The notes under the pieces are model-generated. The model ran no database searches. It had not been told where the DNA came from and saw only the letters and a program-made list of their open reading frames with translations. 64,000 nucleotides of DNA from Takakia lepidozioides (taxonomy: Eukaryota; Plantae; Bryophyta), in assembly GCA_030704615.1 (NCBI GenBank), contig CM060731.1, forward strand, positions 77,376,001-77,440,000. Direction: 5' to 3'. The stretch's first letter is position 1, and every line of letters begins with the position of its first letter. Below, piece after piece: positions 37,920 to 50,334 of this stretch. Made by a program: the position numbers and the translations under genes.

Positions 37920-40205
37920 GATTGTTTTCAACGTCATCCAGTCTCCAACGAATCCTGTGATTCTTAGACTCCCTGGTTTGTACTTCATAATCCTAACATC
38001 GACTGATGATCGTGAAAAATTTCGGCAAGACAAAAATGCAAAAGTTCAACCCCTATTTCTTGGAGCTAGAGCCTTCATGAGAGCTACAAAAAAAGACGCG
38101 ACATATGCACTTTATGTGACTCCGATCAAGACCCCAACAAACCAAGGTACTTCGACATTACCCACTTAATATCAATATTTCAAGAATGTCTTCGAGAAGA
38201 AAAATGCAGACATGTTGCTAGAACATCGATCTTATGATTGTGCAATCGAGTTGCAAGAAGGAGCCCAACCACCAATCGGTCCCATCGACAATTTATCTCA
38301 AACCGAGTTGACTGCTTTACGAGAATACATTGACGAAAATTTGTCAAAGAATTTCATTCGACATTCTAAATCACCCGCGAGAGCACTTATTTTATTTGTG
38401 AAGAAGAAGAACGGATTGTTACGTATGCGTGTGGACTATCGTGGGCTCAACAAAGTTAGTATAAAAAATCGTTACTCACTACCGCTGATTTTCGGACTCC
38501 TCGAACAACTTGGACGAACAAATTTTTTCACAAAGATCGACTTGAGAGGAGCTTACAACCTTGTACGAATAAAAGAAGGAGACGAATGGAAGACATTGCT
38601 TTTCGCACGAGGTACGGACATTTCGAATACAATGTTATACCTTTCGATCTTACAAATGCTCCAATAATTTTCCAGCATATGATGAATGACATTATTCGAG
38701 AATTAGATGATTGTGTAGTCATCTATTTGGACGATATTTTCATATTTTCACAGAATGAAGAAGAACATGGTTGCCATGTACGCCTTGTCCTTGATAAATT
38801 GAGGGAAAGAGGACTATATGTCAAGTTGGAAAAACGGTTTTTCTATCAATCTGAAGTCAAATTTTTGGGCTACATTATTTCCGACAAATGAGTCTTTATG
38901 GATCAGAAGAAAATACAAACCATGATCGAGTGGATTAAACCAACTTTGGTCCAAGATGTACAATGTTTTCTGGGGTTTGCAAATTTATTTAGAATCTTCC
39001 TTAAGGATTATTCCAAAATTGCTGCACCATTGACACGACTCACAGGGAATGACAAATTTGTATGAGATGAGAAGGCTGACCAGACATTTGAAGGCGGAAA
39101 CAGACATTTACAACGGCTCCAATTCTGGTACATGCAGACCCATCTAAACCATTTTTTTTTGAAGCAGATGCATCAGACTTTACATTTCGCGTTATACTAT
39201 CTCAGTACGGTAGACTTCATCCTGTTGGTTTTCGATCTTGAAAGTTCTCTGCTACAGAAATCAACTATGAAATTCATGACAAAAAACTTCTAGCGATTAT
39301 TGATGCTTTTGAGGAGTGACTTCATTTACTGGATGGAGCTAAATATCAGGTTACTGTCTACACCAATCACAAAAACCTTAAATATTTTATGAGTGCTCGT
39401 GTTTTAAATCGACGACAGACAAGATGAAGTATGTTCCTAGCAAAGTTTGATTTCGTTATTACCTACCGCCCCGAACATCTTTAGGGAAAACCATATGTTC
39501 TTTTGCGACGATAGTATCTTGCGCAAAAAAAAAGGAATGCAGCTTTCGACCAACAGAAATCCATCATCATGAAACCAACAAATCTCCAATTAAATGCACT
39601 ATCGATGTCTACCTATGACGATGCAGCAATCATAAGGGAGATTCAGGAAGCACTGAAGAACAACCAATTTTCTAAGACACTACGAAATCAACTAATTCGA
39701 CTTTGAGGCAACCCACATGTTACAAACGAATTCGAATTCAATGACAATTTGCTTTATTTCAAAGAACTTCTCTATGTACCTCCGGGACCTACATGATTTC
39801 GGATTCTTCAAACATGTCATGATTTTGCGGCTGCGGGACATTTTGGGTTTAATAAGACTATGAAATTGATATCCAGGGACTATTTGTGGCCGCAAATGTG
39901 AAAATTTGTAAATGAGTTTATAAAATCTTGCGTCACGTGTGCTAGGGCGAAGAGACCACGACATCGACCTTACGACCTTCTACAACCATTACCCATTCCC
40001 AAGTGTCAATGGTCGTCCTTATCAATGGATTTTATTACGGACCTTCCAATTTCAAAGACCAATGATGCAATCTTTGTTATCGTAGATCGTTTCACGAAGA
40101 TGACACATTTGATTCCATGTAACAAGACAGTTACAGGTGAAGAGACGACAAAACTCTTTCTCAACAACATTTACCGCATTTATGGACTCCTAGATGACAT
40201 TGTAT
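37920..40205 (+). pseudogene. pol: Old degenerate Ty3/gypsy (Tcn1/chromovirus-like) pol fragment
   Basis: RMRVDYRGLN, KIDLRGAYNLVRI, VIYLDDI, EADASDF, NYEIHDK, SMDFITDLP. Many stop codons. Confidence 0.88.
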
Positions 40206-41655
40206 CTGAGACACTAATTCTGGGGTCAAATCCCTACTTGACGGGTGTGGTACGCTCTTCTCCTCTATCCCTGCCTAGGTGTCGCATCGGAAAGCCTTCA
40301 CGGCGAGGTTTCTGTGAAAGAGGTTATTTTCTCCACTCACTATCAAGGGGCCTGATTTGTGAGCTGTCGCTCCCAAATGAAACCCTCCTCCTTTTATGAC
40401 GTACCACCTACCTTGATGGGGTGGGTCCCTGGTTGTCCGCTAAATGTTGGTTGTTAAGCATTAGAGCAGGTAGCCCAACTGTATTAACTTAGGTGATCTT
40501 GGGTTCAAAGTGTCCACTAACACTTTCCAGTGGAAGACACTAGTTCCTCGAGAGGAAGACCATAATTTTCGCTTCCTGTGGTGCTTGATCTTTCATTCTG
40601 GTTGTCAAGGAATGAATGAGTGAAAAAAAAAGATAGCGGTACAAATAAATGGCGGCGCTCATTATGATTAAAGTATGTTCGAAGACCAATTTATGAGAGG
40701 TTGTTGACATTGAATGGACATGCATACGCGCTGCTCAAGACCGTCTCTCTCTCACACGCGAGGCTAGCTATGGGACGCACATAAATATCAATGGAAATAC
40801 TAAAAAACAAGCTTAATATTTTAAAGTTGCTGGGCGTGCAGTGACCGCAGTAGTCGGATGTGGACGTGAGTCGCCATCGCTGGGCGACAAGGGCCGTCAG
40901 TGGCAGATAGAAACGGCCACGTGAGGACCAAGGACAGAAAGCAACAATCTTCGAGAAATACCCACCATGGATTACGTGAAGAATGCACAAGGGAGAGAGA
41001 GATGCCCGGCCTATAAAAGCCAGCGCCCGGGGTCCAGTCTTCATCTCTTTGGGTCCTTAATCATCCTCCTTTTCCTGTGGGTGCAGGCTGCTGCTGCTGT
41101 AGTGACTCTCGGTGGGCATTCATTGGAGCTCACTGCTTTGGCTGCTCCTTGCGCTCAGGTCGACCCTTCACATCAAAGGTGTTCCTTCCCTGCAATTGCA
41201 ATGTTGACATGCTAATCAATGACTGGTAGATACAAGTGTGTTCTTATTTTATGACTCTGAAGGCGCTGTCTGTACAATTACACTCTTTTTCTAGTCAGGA
41301 TTTTATAGTCATTGCTCCACTATAACATGTCCTCTGTCTATCCCTCTCTGTCCCCTGGGAAATTCAAGTTACAGTAGCTCTTCCCTTATGTGCTGCTGTC
41401 ACGCGCACTTCTTCTGTAATTGCCGAAGCTATCGAACACCTGCAGAATGACTGGAAGGTGGGAGGATTCCAGATGCTAGAGTCGACATCATAGGTAACTG
41501 AATTTTTTTCATCAATAGGTTACTGTCAATTAGACTGAGCTGACCACGCTTGCTCTGTGTGTAACAGGCCTTCACGCTTGATATATTGGGGCCGTGTCTC
41601 TTGTCTAGCTGAGGGATTGAATGCAAGCTCTCTAGAGACAATATTAATATTTCTC

Positions 41656-42327
41656 ATGGCACACGTCAACCTGTGGATGGCCTTGTTGGTCGTTCTCTTT
41701 GTCTGCTTACTGTCTGCGCCAGGTGCAAACTCCTCTCGACCCACAGCTCTCCGCGGCCCGCTGGATCCGGTGGAAACTAGCTTAGAGAACGATAACTCGA
41801 CTGCAGATGTTTACCAAGCTCCTTACCATCAGCATGTGCAATGGATACAGAGGATCGCTTTTACAATGACGATCAGGATATTGAATGAGGTTGTCAACCA
41901 GCGTTTTGACATCAGTTTAGAGCAGAAATCGGACGACAAGTGGACTTGGTCCAACAACTTCCAGTTTAAAAGGCCCGACGGGCAAAACATCCAAGCCTGT
42001 CCAGTAGACAAAATGTGCATCGTCGAAGGAGGTGGGTACAATAATAATAGGCCCGCGTCACAAGTTGTCCTCATGCATACGTTTAACCTGGCAGGCAAGC
42101 TGTTGATTTCTTACGTTAACGTCTACCTCCATGCGTGGACAATGGACGATCCACCGATGGTGATAGTCGATGCCAACGAGGCGCACTCGGGCGCGATAGT
42201 GGTTCCGCCTGGCCATGTGCCTGCTTTCCAATATTGCATCGGCACCGAGCCAAGAAGTGAGGCTGCGTCTGTGACCTTCTGGGAGATTATAGCATACCAG
42301 ACCTATCCTAGGCAGCCTCCGTTATAG
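41656..42327 (+). CDS. Uncharacterised secreted protein (223 aa)
   Basis: Intact ORF with an N-terminal signal peptide (MAHVNLWMALLVVLFVCLLSAPGANS). TATAAAA at ~41012 and AATAAA at ~42584. Confidence 0.65.
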   Translation: MAHVNLWMALLVVLFVCLLSAPGANSSRPTALRGPLDPVETSLENDNSTADVYQAPYHQHVQWIQRIAFTMTIRILNEVVNQRFDISLEQKSDDKWTWSNNFQFKRPDGQNIQACPVDKMCIVEGGGYNNNRPASQVVLMHTFNLAGKLLISYVNVYLHAWTMDDPPMVIVDANEAHSGAIVVPPGHVPAFQYCIGTEPRSEAASVTFWEIIAYQTYPRQPPL

Positions 42328-43298
42328 GCAGCCGTAACGGAGGTTTGAGTTGGCATATGTGGACATGTATACTGCCGAGAGTCTTGTACTTAGTAAGTTT
42401 GCTGGGATCAAAGATTCATGTCAAACGATTCACAATAATGGCGGCTGGAAGGACGCTGAGCTATGTGACCAAAGTTGGTTCATTACTACGAATTGTCATC
42501 TTAGTTAGTCCTGCCTCAGCTCATGAGTAGCCGTAGGGCTGAGTCCTCTTTCTCTCGAATAATTGAACTGAGTTGAAATCTTCAATAAAACAATGTCTTT
42601 TCCAGGTGCATACTACCTGGTAAAGCTCTGATACCTTCATTCACCATATCGTCTTGTTTGTTTTTAATCAGGCTTAATTGGATGCTACAAGGATCTATAT
42701 TTAGAAATCTCTTGAGCTGTCAATTTACAGATCGTTTCATAGCATTACACGCTGTACTGTATCGTTGATCTTTGCGCTTCTGGCTCGTTCCAGATTTAGT
42801 GCCTCCTCCTTCTTCTTGTCTCAGCACCCTCCTCATTTACTGATCGCACGGCGAATCAACCTAATATAAGCACCCAACCTTGCGGTGAGAACTGTGTGGC
42901 AGAGTGTTGAGGGGAACCAAAGCAATTACAAGGTTTTCTGCATGGTGTATTCCCCTACGCTGTGGATGAACTAAGATGGATGTAGTTCTACAGCTATGGC
43001 TGATGAATCTGTCTACAAGCAGTCTGCCTGCAGAGAGCGAGAGACCACTTCTGAAATGAGGGCAATCGAACTGTGTACACAACCCAAGTCTCAGAAGGAT
43101 CAAGACTATCAATATGCTCACAATAGTCAAGAGTAAAATTAATGGAGAAGTCTCAGAGAGAAGTTTGAGGGAGAGTTTTTGTCAATTTAGTCACACATTA
43201 TTACGTCTGATCATTTGTCACAAATGTCTGAAAGAAATTGTGCTCCTAAATGCGAAGCCACCAGGCCAAACGTTACCCAGAATGTGGTATAGGTCTTC

Positions 43299-43757
43299 CT
43301 ACCGCATGATCATTAAGAACTCCACAACAAACAGTGGATAGTTCTTCCCATATTGGGCCCTGTAGAATCCATCCGGCCGCACAACCCAAATACACTGGTC
43401 ACATGCGGTATGGCCGAATACTCCGGGGCCCTTCCAGACTACGTATCCTGCGAATCGATTAGTTGGATAGCATTTGAAGTCACACCAGAACAATGTAGAT
43501 CCCCAGAAGTTTTCCTTGAAACCGAATCCATACTGCTGTCCTGGACTTAAAGTATGGCTTTGCAGGTCATCGTCCTTCGAGCGGCAGTGAAGAGTAAGGA
43601 TGTCACAAGCCTGGTTGAATATGTTCTCCTCGCCAAGCTGTGCATCATTGCATGTCATGAACATAACCATCAGCGCCACTACAAGAGATGCCCTTGTCGG
43701 CACTCTCCACTGAATGGCTAGGCTGATAACTCTATCCTGATATTCAGTATTGATCAA
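43299..43757 (-). CDS. S-protein homologue (plant self-incompatibility S1/SPH family); start codon unclear, possibly a pseudogene
   Basis: LTLHCRSKDDDL..HTL.PGQ.Y.F.F...FWGSTLFWCDF...C.W.VRPDGFY, preceded by a hydrophobic segment. The ORF-track start is not ATG. Confidence 0.85.
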   Translation of the reverse strand: MINTEYQDRVISLAIQWRVPTRASLVVALMVMFMTCNDAQLGEENIFNQACDILTLHCRSKDDDLQSHTLSPGQQYGFGFKENFWGSTLFWCDFKCYPTNRFAGYVVWKGPGVFGHTACDQCIWVVRPDGFYRAQYGKNYPLFVVEFLMIMR

Positions 43758-44377
43758 TATAACAGTAGCTTGCAGGTATTCAAGAGCATAAGGTTCAAGA
43801 GCATAAGGTTCTTGGTCTTCTATAAATCTGGAAAATGATCAGTAGGCGTCCCAAAACACTGAGCAAGAGAGTCTATTAATACAGACCCGCAAGTACTAGA
43901 GATAACTCCTTAGATGGATCATCCGGAACGCAGGGAAAACATACAAGAAATAGCTAGATGCACCCTGCACTGCATGTATGTTTGTATTCCTTTGCACGTG
44001 ATAAGGAGGTTGCCTATAGATCTAAACCAAACCAAAAGCCATAAATTGAAGAAAGGTTGATGCAAGACAGGAAAACAACCTGAAACTTCCTGCAACTTCT
44101 AGATAGCTGAGGGCCAACCAACGCCTGCACCGAGAGCACGCCAAAAGCAGGACCTGCCAAAGACCCAAAGAGATCAACAGACAAGATTCTATCTAGAGAT
44201 ATCCTTAATACAAACAGCTTCACTTATGGATGCGGAGGTAGAAGAGGAAGGACAGGAAGAAGAACACAAACAACAAACACAGATTTGCGACAGTTACATG
44301 ACTCGAGGATACCTGTGACAGGAAAAACTGAGTGAAAGCAAAAGCAGGTGTCATATATGTACTTTCTGCGGTTGCCC

Positions 44378-44687
44378 AGCTGATCGTCCCAAGCTGATTG
44401 AACATTGCGTCCACGAAAACTATCGCCAATCCTTATCCCAGCTGGTAGACCCCAGCAGGCAGGAAGATCCTCCACCATCCCCACCATGTCACACAATCGC
44501 TGCCCTCAAGCTTGCGATCCTAAACAAGACGGCTGATCGTCCCAAGCTGAGTGAACATTGCGTCCACGAAAACTATATCGCCAATCCTTATCCCAGCTGG
44601 TAGACCCCAGCAGGCAGGAAGATCCTCCACTATCCACACCATGTCACACCATCGCTGCCCTCAAGTTTTCGATTTTAAACAAGACGA
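44378..44687. repeat. Tandem duplication of ~155 bp
   Basis: GCTGATCGTCCCAAGCTGA...TAAACAAGACG occurs twice. Confidence 0.85.
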
Positions 44688-45282
44688 CGTTAGTCTCACG
44701 CTCGTCTCACAGTACCGTAGAGGAGAGAGCTCAAATATCCCCATTCCTCTTTTTTTCTTTCCAAGGAAAGCCACTCGAAAGCCACCGTCTCTGGCATGGT
44801 GGCCTTGAGGTAGAAATCTTAAGCCCCTTTCTGAGCCATAGACACAGTGGACAGAGCCCCCACAGCACAGGGGTTTTAGCCCACTAGACCCACAGACCAA
44901 TGCACAGGCAGTCATACCACCGGGCCACAGCCCTCTTGTCCGGCTCATGTATAATTGACAGTTTATTCATTTGCTGAAAACAAAGGGGAAACAGTGACAA
45001 GTCAGGCCCTTCAAGTAGAGTGAGAGGAGCCCAGCACAAAGTGCTGGTGTACATCTTTTGTTACAATTTCGGTTTTGGTCACCATCACCAGCCAGACCCA
45101 CAATACCATGGCTGGTGAAAATGAAGGTCATGAATTGAACCTTCCTAATTTGTGTCTTGGTGCAGGTATTTACGTATTCACTTTGAAGATGGGTTGGAAT
45201 TACGGAATTGCTTATGGTACTTTTGTGGGCATTTGTGGCTTGAATTTTGCATGTCATGTACTGGATCATTGCTTTCAGTTTA

Positions 45283-45510
45283 TGGCCCATTCCCACATAA
45301 TGTAACTTAGATATCCTAGTTGATGTGGCAGTCAAGCAAGTTCCCACATGGATTTTTTTTGTTCAGAGTTAAGTTGCCACATCTGTCATCTGTCAGTTGC
45401 TTAAAAATACTAGGCAGACATAAAGTTTTATCTAAACTGTAATGTTACATAAACTCCAGTCTCACAGGCTAATAAGATCTACTTTGTAAACTTTATGTGG
45501 GAATGGGCCA
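45283..45510. mobile_element. MITE-like element
   Basis: Perfect 18-bp terminal inverted repeats TGGCCCATTCCCACATAA. Flanks TTA and GTA (imperfect TSD). Confidence 0.55.
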
Positions 45511-45942
45511 GTACCCTTAGATTTGATCAGGCCTCCAGTGCTCAAGTAAAATTCGAAGCATACCTAAGCATAGATTAGTACTCCCATCACCATTTTCTAC
45601 AGGTTCTGATGCAAGACACATGAGCATTCATGGTGGTTCCATCTGAAACTTGAATGTGCTGTGAAATTCCCTCAAGTTTTTTCATGCCTGTTGTGCTTAT
45701 GATCGTGAGCTAGTCCTCTACAACTTCACGGGCATTCCTAAATTTTCCCTAAATTTTGTAAGCGTATGATTTTGTAGTTATTTGTCTCTAGATAATGGAG
45801 AATTGCAGGTTAGTGGTGCTCTACATATTATCAATCCGCGTGTAGGCATCATGACGACTTATTCGTTTGGGATATCTTCAATACTACTCTATACTATCAG
45901 GGGTGTAGTCATCCTCGATGATGAGCTCGTCTGGACGATCTT

Positions 45943-46329
45943 TCAATTCTTTACTACATCAATAGTGTAGTCATCCTTCACGATCACTGTCCTGTGGATC
46001 ACCGGATTCCGATCGACCTTTCGTACATCGATAGTATAGCCATCTCGAGGATGATGCTTGATGATGACTTTGTCTCCAGTTTTCAAACCTTTTTCGACGA
46101 CGTATTGTGTCCAGCCTGCAATCGCAACTAAGGTGGGATTTGTCTCATAGGTAGCAAACGTCATATAGAGATCTTTCCCGCTGGCAACATCTTTGAGCTT
46201 GAGTTGGATTCCATCGTCTGATCCAGCCTCGACGTATATTCTTTTGTGGAGCGTGCTTCTAGATGATATGATGAATTTATGCTCCACGTCGCTATGAGTC
46301 AAGTCTTTTCGAAGAACTTCTTCGGCCAT
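45943..46329 (-). CDS. Small intronless B3 DNA-binding domain protein
   Basis: RKDLTHSDV...GWTQYVVEKGLKTGDKV matches the B3 K.LT.SDV and GW..FV....L..GD signature. Confidence 0.75.
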   Translation of the reverse strand: MAEEVLRKDLTHSDVEHKFIISSRSTLHKRIYVEAGSDDGIQLKLKDVASGKDLYMTFATYETNPTLVAIAGWTQYVVEKGLKTGDKVIIKHHPRDGYTIDVRKVDRNPVIHRTVIVKDDYTIDVVKN

Positions 46330-48840
46330 GACATTACCTATATTCTTCCCTACCTCTCGTCTGACTCTCCTTATGGCCCGAAAACCACTTTAATCCATTC
46401 TCTGTCTCAATCTGCAACCTCCGATGGGCCAACCAAGTGCTGCATTAATCTACTGATCAGGGTGGAGACTTGTAATCTTCAAGAAACGCTCCCTGGAAGA
46501 CGCTGATTAATGCAACGTCTGCATTCTCACCTCCTTTATGTGTACAGTGACAATGTAATTAGCATAACTGTTAATTAAAACTGTTGTTTCGCCTTCTCAG
46601 CTCTCATCTCTCCAAGTTCCATAACGCTGATCACTAGCGGCTTGCAATCGTTCAGAACTGAACCGACTTCTTCTGAGCGTCTTTTCCCTCGCGCATGAGC
46701 AAGGTTAATTACTCCTATACATCATACATCAGATCACTATCAGAATTTTCTTTTTTCTTGCTAATTGTAAGCAGTTTAAAAATCATTATATGAACATAAG
46801 ACTTTTGTCGTTTGTCAAATTTCTGTCTCCATTTCTGCATACCACTTTCCTTGTAAAAATCGAAATATCATTTTGGATGAATAAGCAGAGCCTGAGTTAC
46901 AAAAGTAAACGTCTTTAGGACGTCTTCCTCTAAAAAATGTAGTTCTGAAGTCTTCAGCAACTTCTCTATGAAAGCTGAGAGCCTGAGACAGGCAGAGTCC
47001 CAACCACTGAAAAATAAGAAACATTAAGTTCACGAATGTTTAATTGATTCTACGACATATGCTTCTCTTTTTTGGCAATTTGTATGACAGTCCTCCTCTA
47101 CCTCTCTATGAATTCTTGTCCTGTCCACTAATTCTACACTATATGAAATCTGCTGTCCATCAGTCGTCATCGTCTATGCAATCTCTCTATCAATCTATCT
47201 CATGATGTACTTACTGACATCCAGATTTCTACAAACCCTTCTCAACCTCTCCGGGAGAGAGGTTTATATACTATTCCATCAAGTAGGCTGGCATGATTGA
47301 TGATGCAGCACTGAATCTATATTTTTCCTTTGTATTCCTCTTCGAGTGGAAGATAGGGCGATAGAGTATTCAATGCAGACTGAACTCAAAGCTAGCCAAC
47401 GTTAGTGTAAGTAAAACCATTTGAGTCGTCTTTATCTCCCTGCGCCGATACATGAGTTGCCGTAGATTCTATTAACTGCATACCATCATCAGTAATGCAT
47501 CCAAAATAGAGAGAGATAACGCCATCCAAATTAGCCAGAGTAAATAGAAGCAACACTTGACACATTGCCAGTCTGCCATCGGCTCCTCCAAGGCACTCTG
47601 TATTATTGTACATGTACAAGTACATACAAAGCTGGGATAAGCTTGATTATGAAAGCAGGTCCAGAACATACAAGGCATGGCGGTAGAGCATCCACTTTAT
47701 CATGGATGTATGTGTTGATCTGTAGTTTGTGCTAATGATATAATTTATAGGTAGAATATGATCTAAACCAAGCCAAGAGCCATGAGTTGAAGAAAGGTTG
47801 CTGCAAGATATTTAGGACAGAATATACCAGCTTCCTGCTACTTTTCCAGGGCCAAGCAATACCACCAATGTGGCCGGCTTTCTGTGGGCTCGACTTGCAT
47901 TGTACGGTAATTAATGATCTGACGAGAAACACAGAAAGGAGTCGAAGCGGCGACGCAGCATATCTTGGTGGGTACGATTATATGCGACTCTTTGAACACT
48001 TGGTAGTACAGAACGAGCTAGTACTTATATTCTTTATTCAAAAGTTGGGTAGTTCCATGTGCAGATCGATCATAGCCGTTTTCTATGATCTGATGGCATG
48101 CACTATACATAACCCCTAGCTTGTCTTCTATGACAGTGGGCTTAGGTGCCAGGAACGAAGATCGACTTGTCAAGCACCAGTTTGGAACGACAAGAGAATG
48201 CTAGAATATCGCCGAACTGACAGTTGCAGGTAAAATGGAGCATACTCGCGTGCATGACGGGGGATTTTGATGGGTGGTGCTTTGAGATGGCAAGATGGTT
48301 GAAGAAAGGATGATGGCGTACAGGCGTCTAGAGCATATCTGCATGGACAGGAAATCTGTGTGTAGCACGACGTGGTGGCTGGGTGGACTGGATGCTGTAG
48401 CCGGTGCTGTGCTTTTAGAGTGTAGGTTGATGTTGGAATAGGTGTCGCTGGCCTTTGGTGCCTTGCACCAGCAGGGACTATGACTTCTCTTTTGTATAGA
48501 GTGATGGTGTAAATCCTGTGACTAAGGTTTCATCAAGAGTTGATTTGAAGAGGGGCAGTTTAGATCTGATTCCAGTCACTGTTTGGAATAAGGCTTGTGA
48601 ATATGCTTTTGTGAAGAACAGGGCTGAACGATCGTGGAGTGAAGTGATCTCTCTTACGATCTGAGTCAGAGAATTGTGACTGGAATAAAAGAGGCTGGTT
48701 ACAAAAGGTCTATACTGTTGTGGATTCAAGCAGGCAGTTCTCTAGGGATTCTGATAAATTCCCTGTGAATAGCAAGATAAACAAAGTGCCTGAAATTGGT
48801 CATAGTCAGACTGACGAAAGAGAGTAAGATACTTTTCAAG

Positions 48841-48852
48841 TGGTATCAGAGC
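48841..48852 (+). promoter_or_regulatory. PBS (tRNA-iMet)
   Basis: TGGTATCAGAGC. Confidence 0.9.
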
Positions 48853-49052
48853 TGTTTTGCGATGGGGGAGAACAGATTGTGAATTTCGGAATTTCCAGAA
48901 GTAGGGTAATCGTGTGGATGAGCTAGATCTCGTTCGGCTCTGTGAGCACACACCCCGGTGAGGACGATCAGGATAGTGAAATGGCGGGAGACCGTGAGCG
49001 CTCAGATGTGGCCAGTCTGCACCGAGCTTCAGATCGCGAACGTGGAAGTTAG

Positions 49053-50013
49053 TTGTTTTCCCAGCAGCAGATGGAGGCCTTAGGTACTTTGATTCGATCT
49101 GAGATACATAAATTGGCCCCTGCACAAACTCAAACTGAAAAGCGATCTAGGGAGCTGCCTATGAGTGAGCCACTGAATGAGGACGAATATGAGGCCGACT
49201 CCCATGAGGCCAAGATGAAAAGAAGCAAGGATGTCACCAGGGAAATAAGAAGATTGGTGAAATTGCCAGAATTTTATGGTAAGCCATCTGTCAAGCCCGA
49301 GGAAATATTGTCTTTCCTGGATACATTAGAAGAGTTCTTTGAGGACGATTATTCAGAGGAAGCCAAAATACAAACAACTGCTCTACAGCTCCGTGATGCC
49401 GCCAAGCTATGGTGGTCGCGCCAGAAGCAGGAACGCCGTGAACACAAGGAACCACCTGTGGATAGTTGGGCTATGTTTAAGACACTGTTCTTAGCCCACT
49501 ACCTACCTGGCGACTATGCACACAAGATGAAAGTTGAATTGTTCAGGCTGAAACAGAAGACTATGAGCGTGGGAGAGTTTAAGACGAGATTTGAAACCCA
49601 TGTCAGTTATTTCCCCTCGTTGAGTGAAGAGGACAGAGTTGATTTTTTTGTTGATGGCCTCAGTGATTCTCCCAAATTTAAGGTCAAGGCCCACAACCCT
49701 CGTACCGAGGCAGAAGCATATTGTTTGGCCTGTAATTTTGAGAATGAAGTGAGGGCACAACGTTCTTCGAATTTGGCTCGTGGCACGGCAGAGTTTAAGC
49801 CCAGATCATCTAATCCTTGGCAGTCACCACTGAAGAGAGGGAATTGGAAGAGATTTAAACCGTTTAAGAAGGTGGGGGATCAAACTACATGGAGATCGCC
49901 AATGAGGGCTCCTCCAAGGCTCAGTTTCAAAGAGCAGGAAGAACACGGCGTAAGGGTTTGTGTTTCTTGTGCCATGAACCCGGACACAGAGCTGTTGAGT
50001 GTATGAAGTACCC
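49053..50013 (+). pseudogene. gag: Family C gag
   Basis: LPEFYG, LRDAAKLWW, LKQKTMSVGEF, FVDGL. A frameshifted CFLCHEPGHRAVEC knuckle lies just before the insertion. Confidence 0.88.
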
Positions 50014-50334
50014 TGTCAAGTTATTTTACCACTAGTGTGAAACTAGCTAGGAAATAGCTAGCTTTTACATATTGACATTTGGGATTGGCCCAAGTGTCAA
50101 TCCAGGGGTCAAGGCAGATTTAGGCCCTGGAGTGGTTATCTTCACGGCAAGCGCGGGAGGCTCATCTTTCTAGAGTTGAGCCTCACCGGCTATGGCGCCG
50201 TAGTGTGGATTCCCCATGGCGTGGGGTGCACTTGGCTTGACTTGTATTTGAGTGATGAGGTTATATATGCATGAGTTTATGCTTCAGCTTTGTGAGCTCG
50301 CATGAGCTTGTGCTTGTATTCTTCTTCGTTATCA
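50014..50334 (+). repeat. Terminal repeat Y
   Basis: Matches the reverse complement of 25225-25550. Contains TTATATAT at 50261. Confidence 0.92.
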
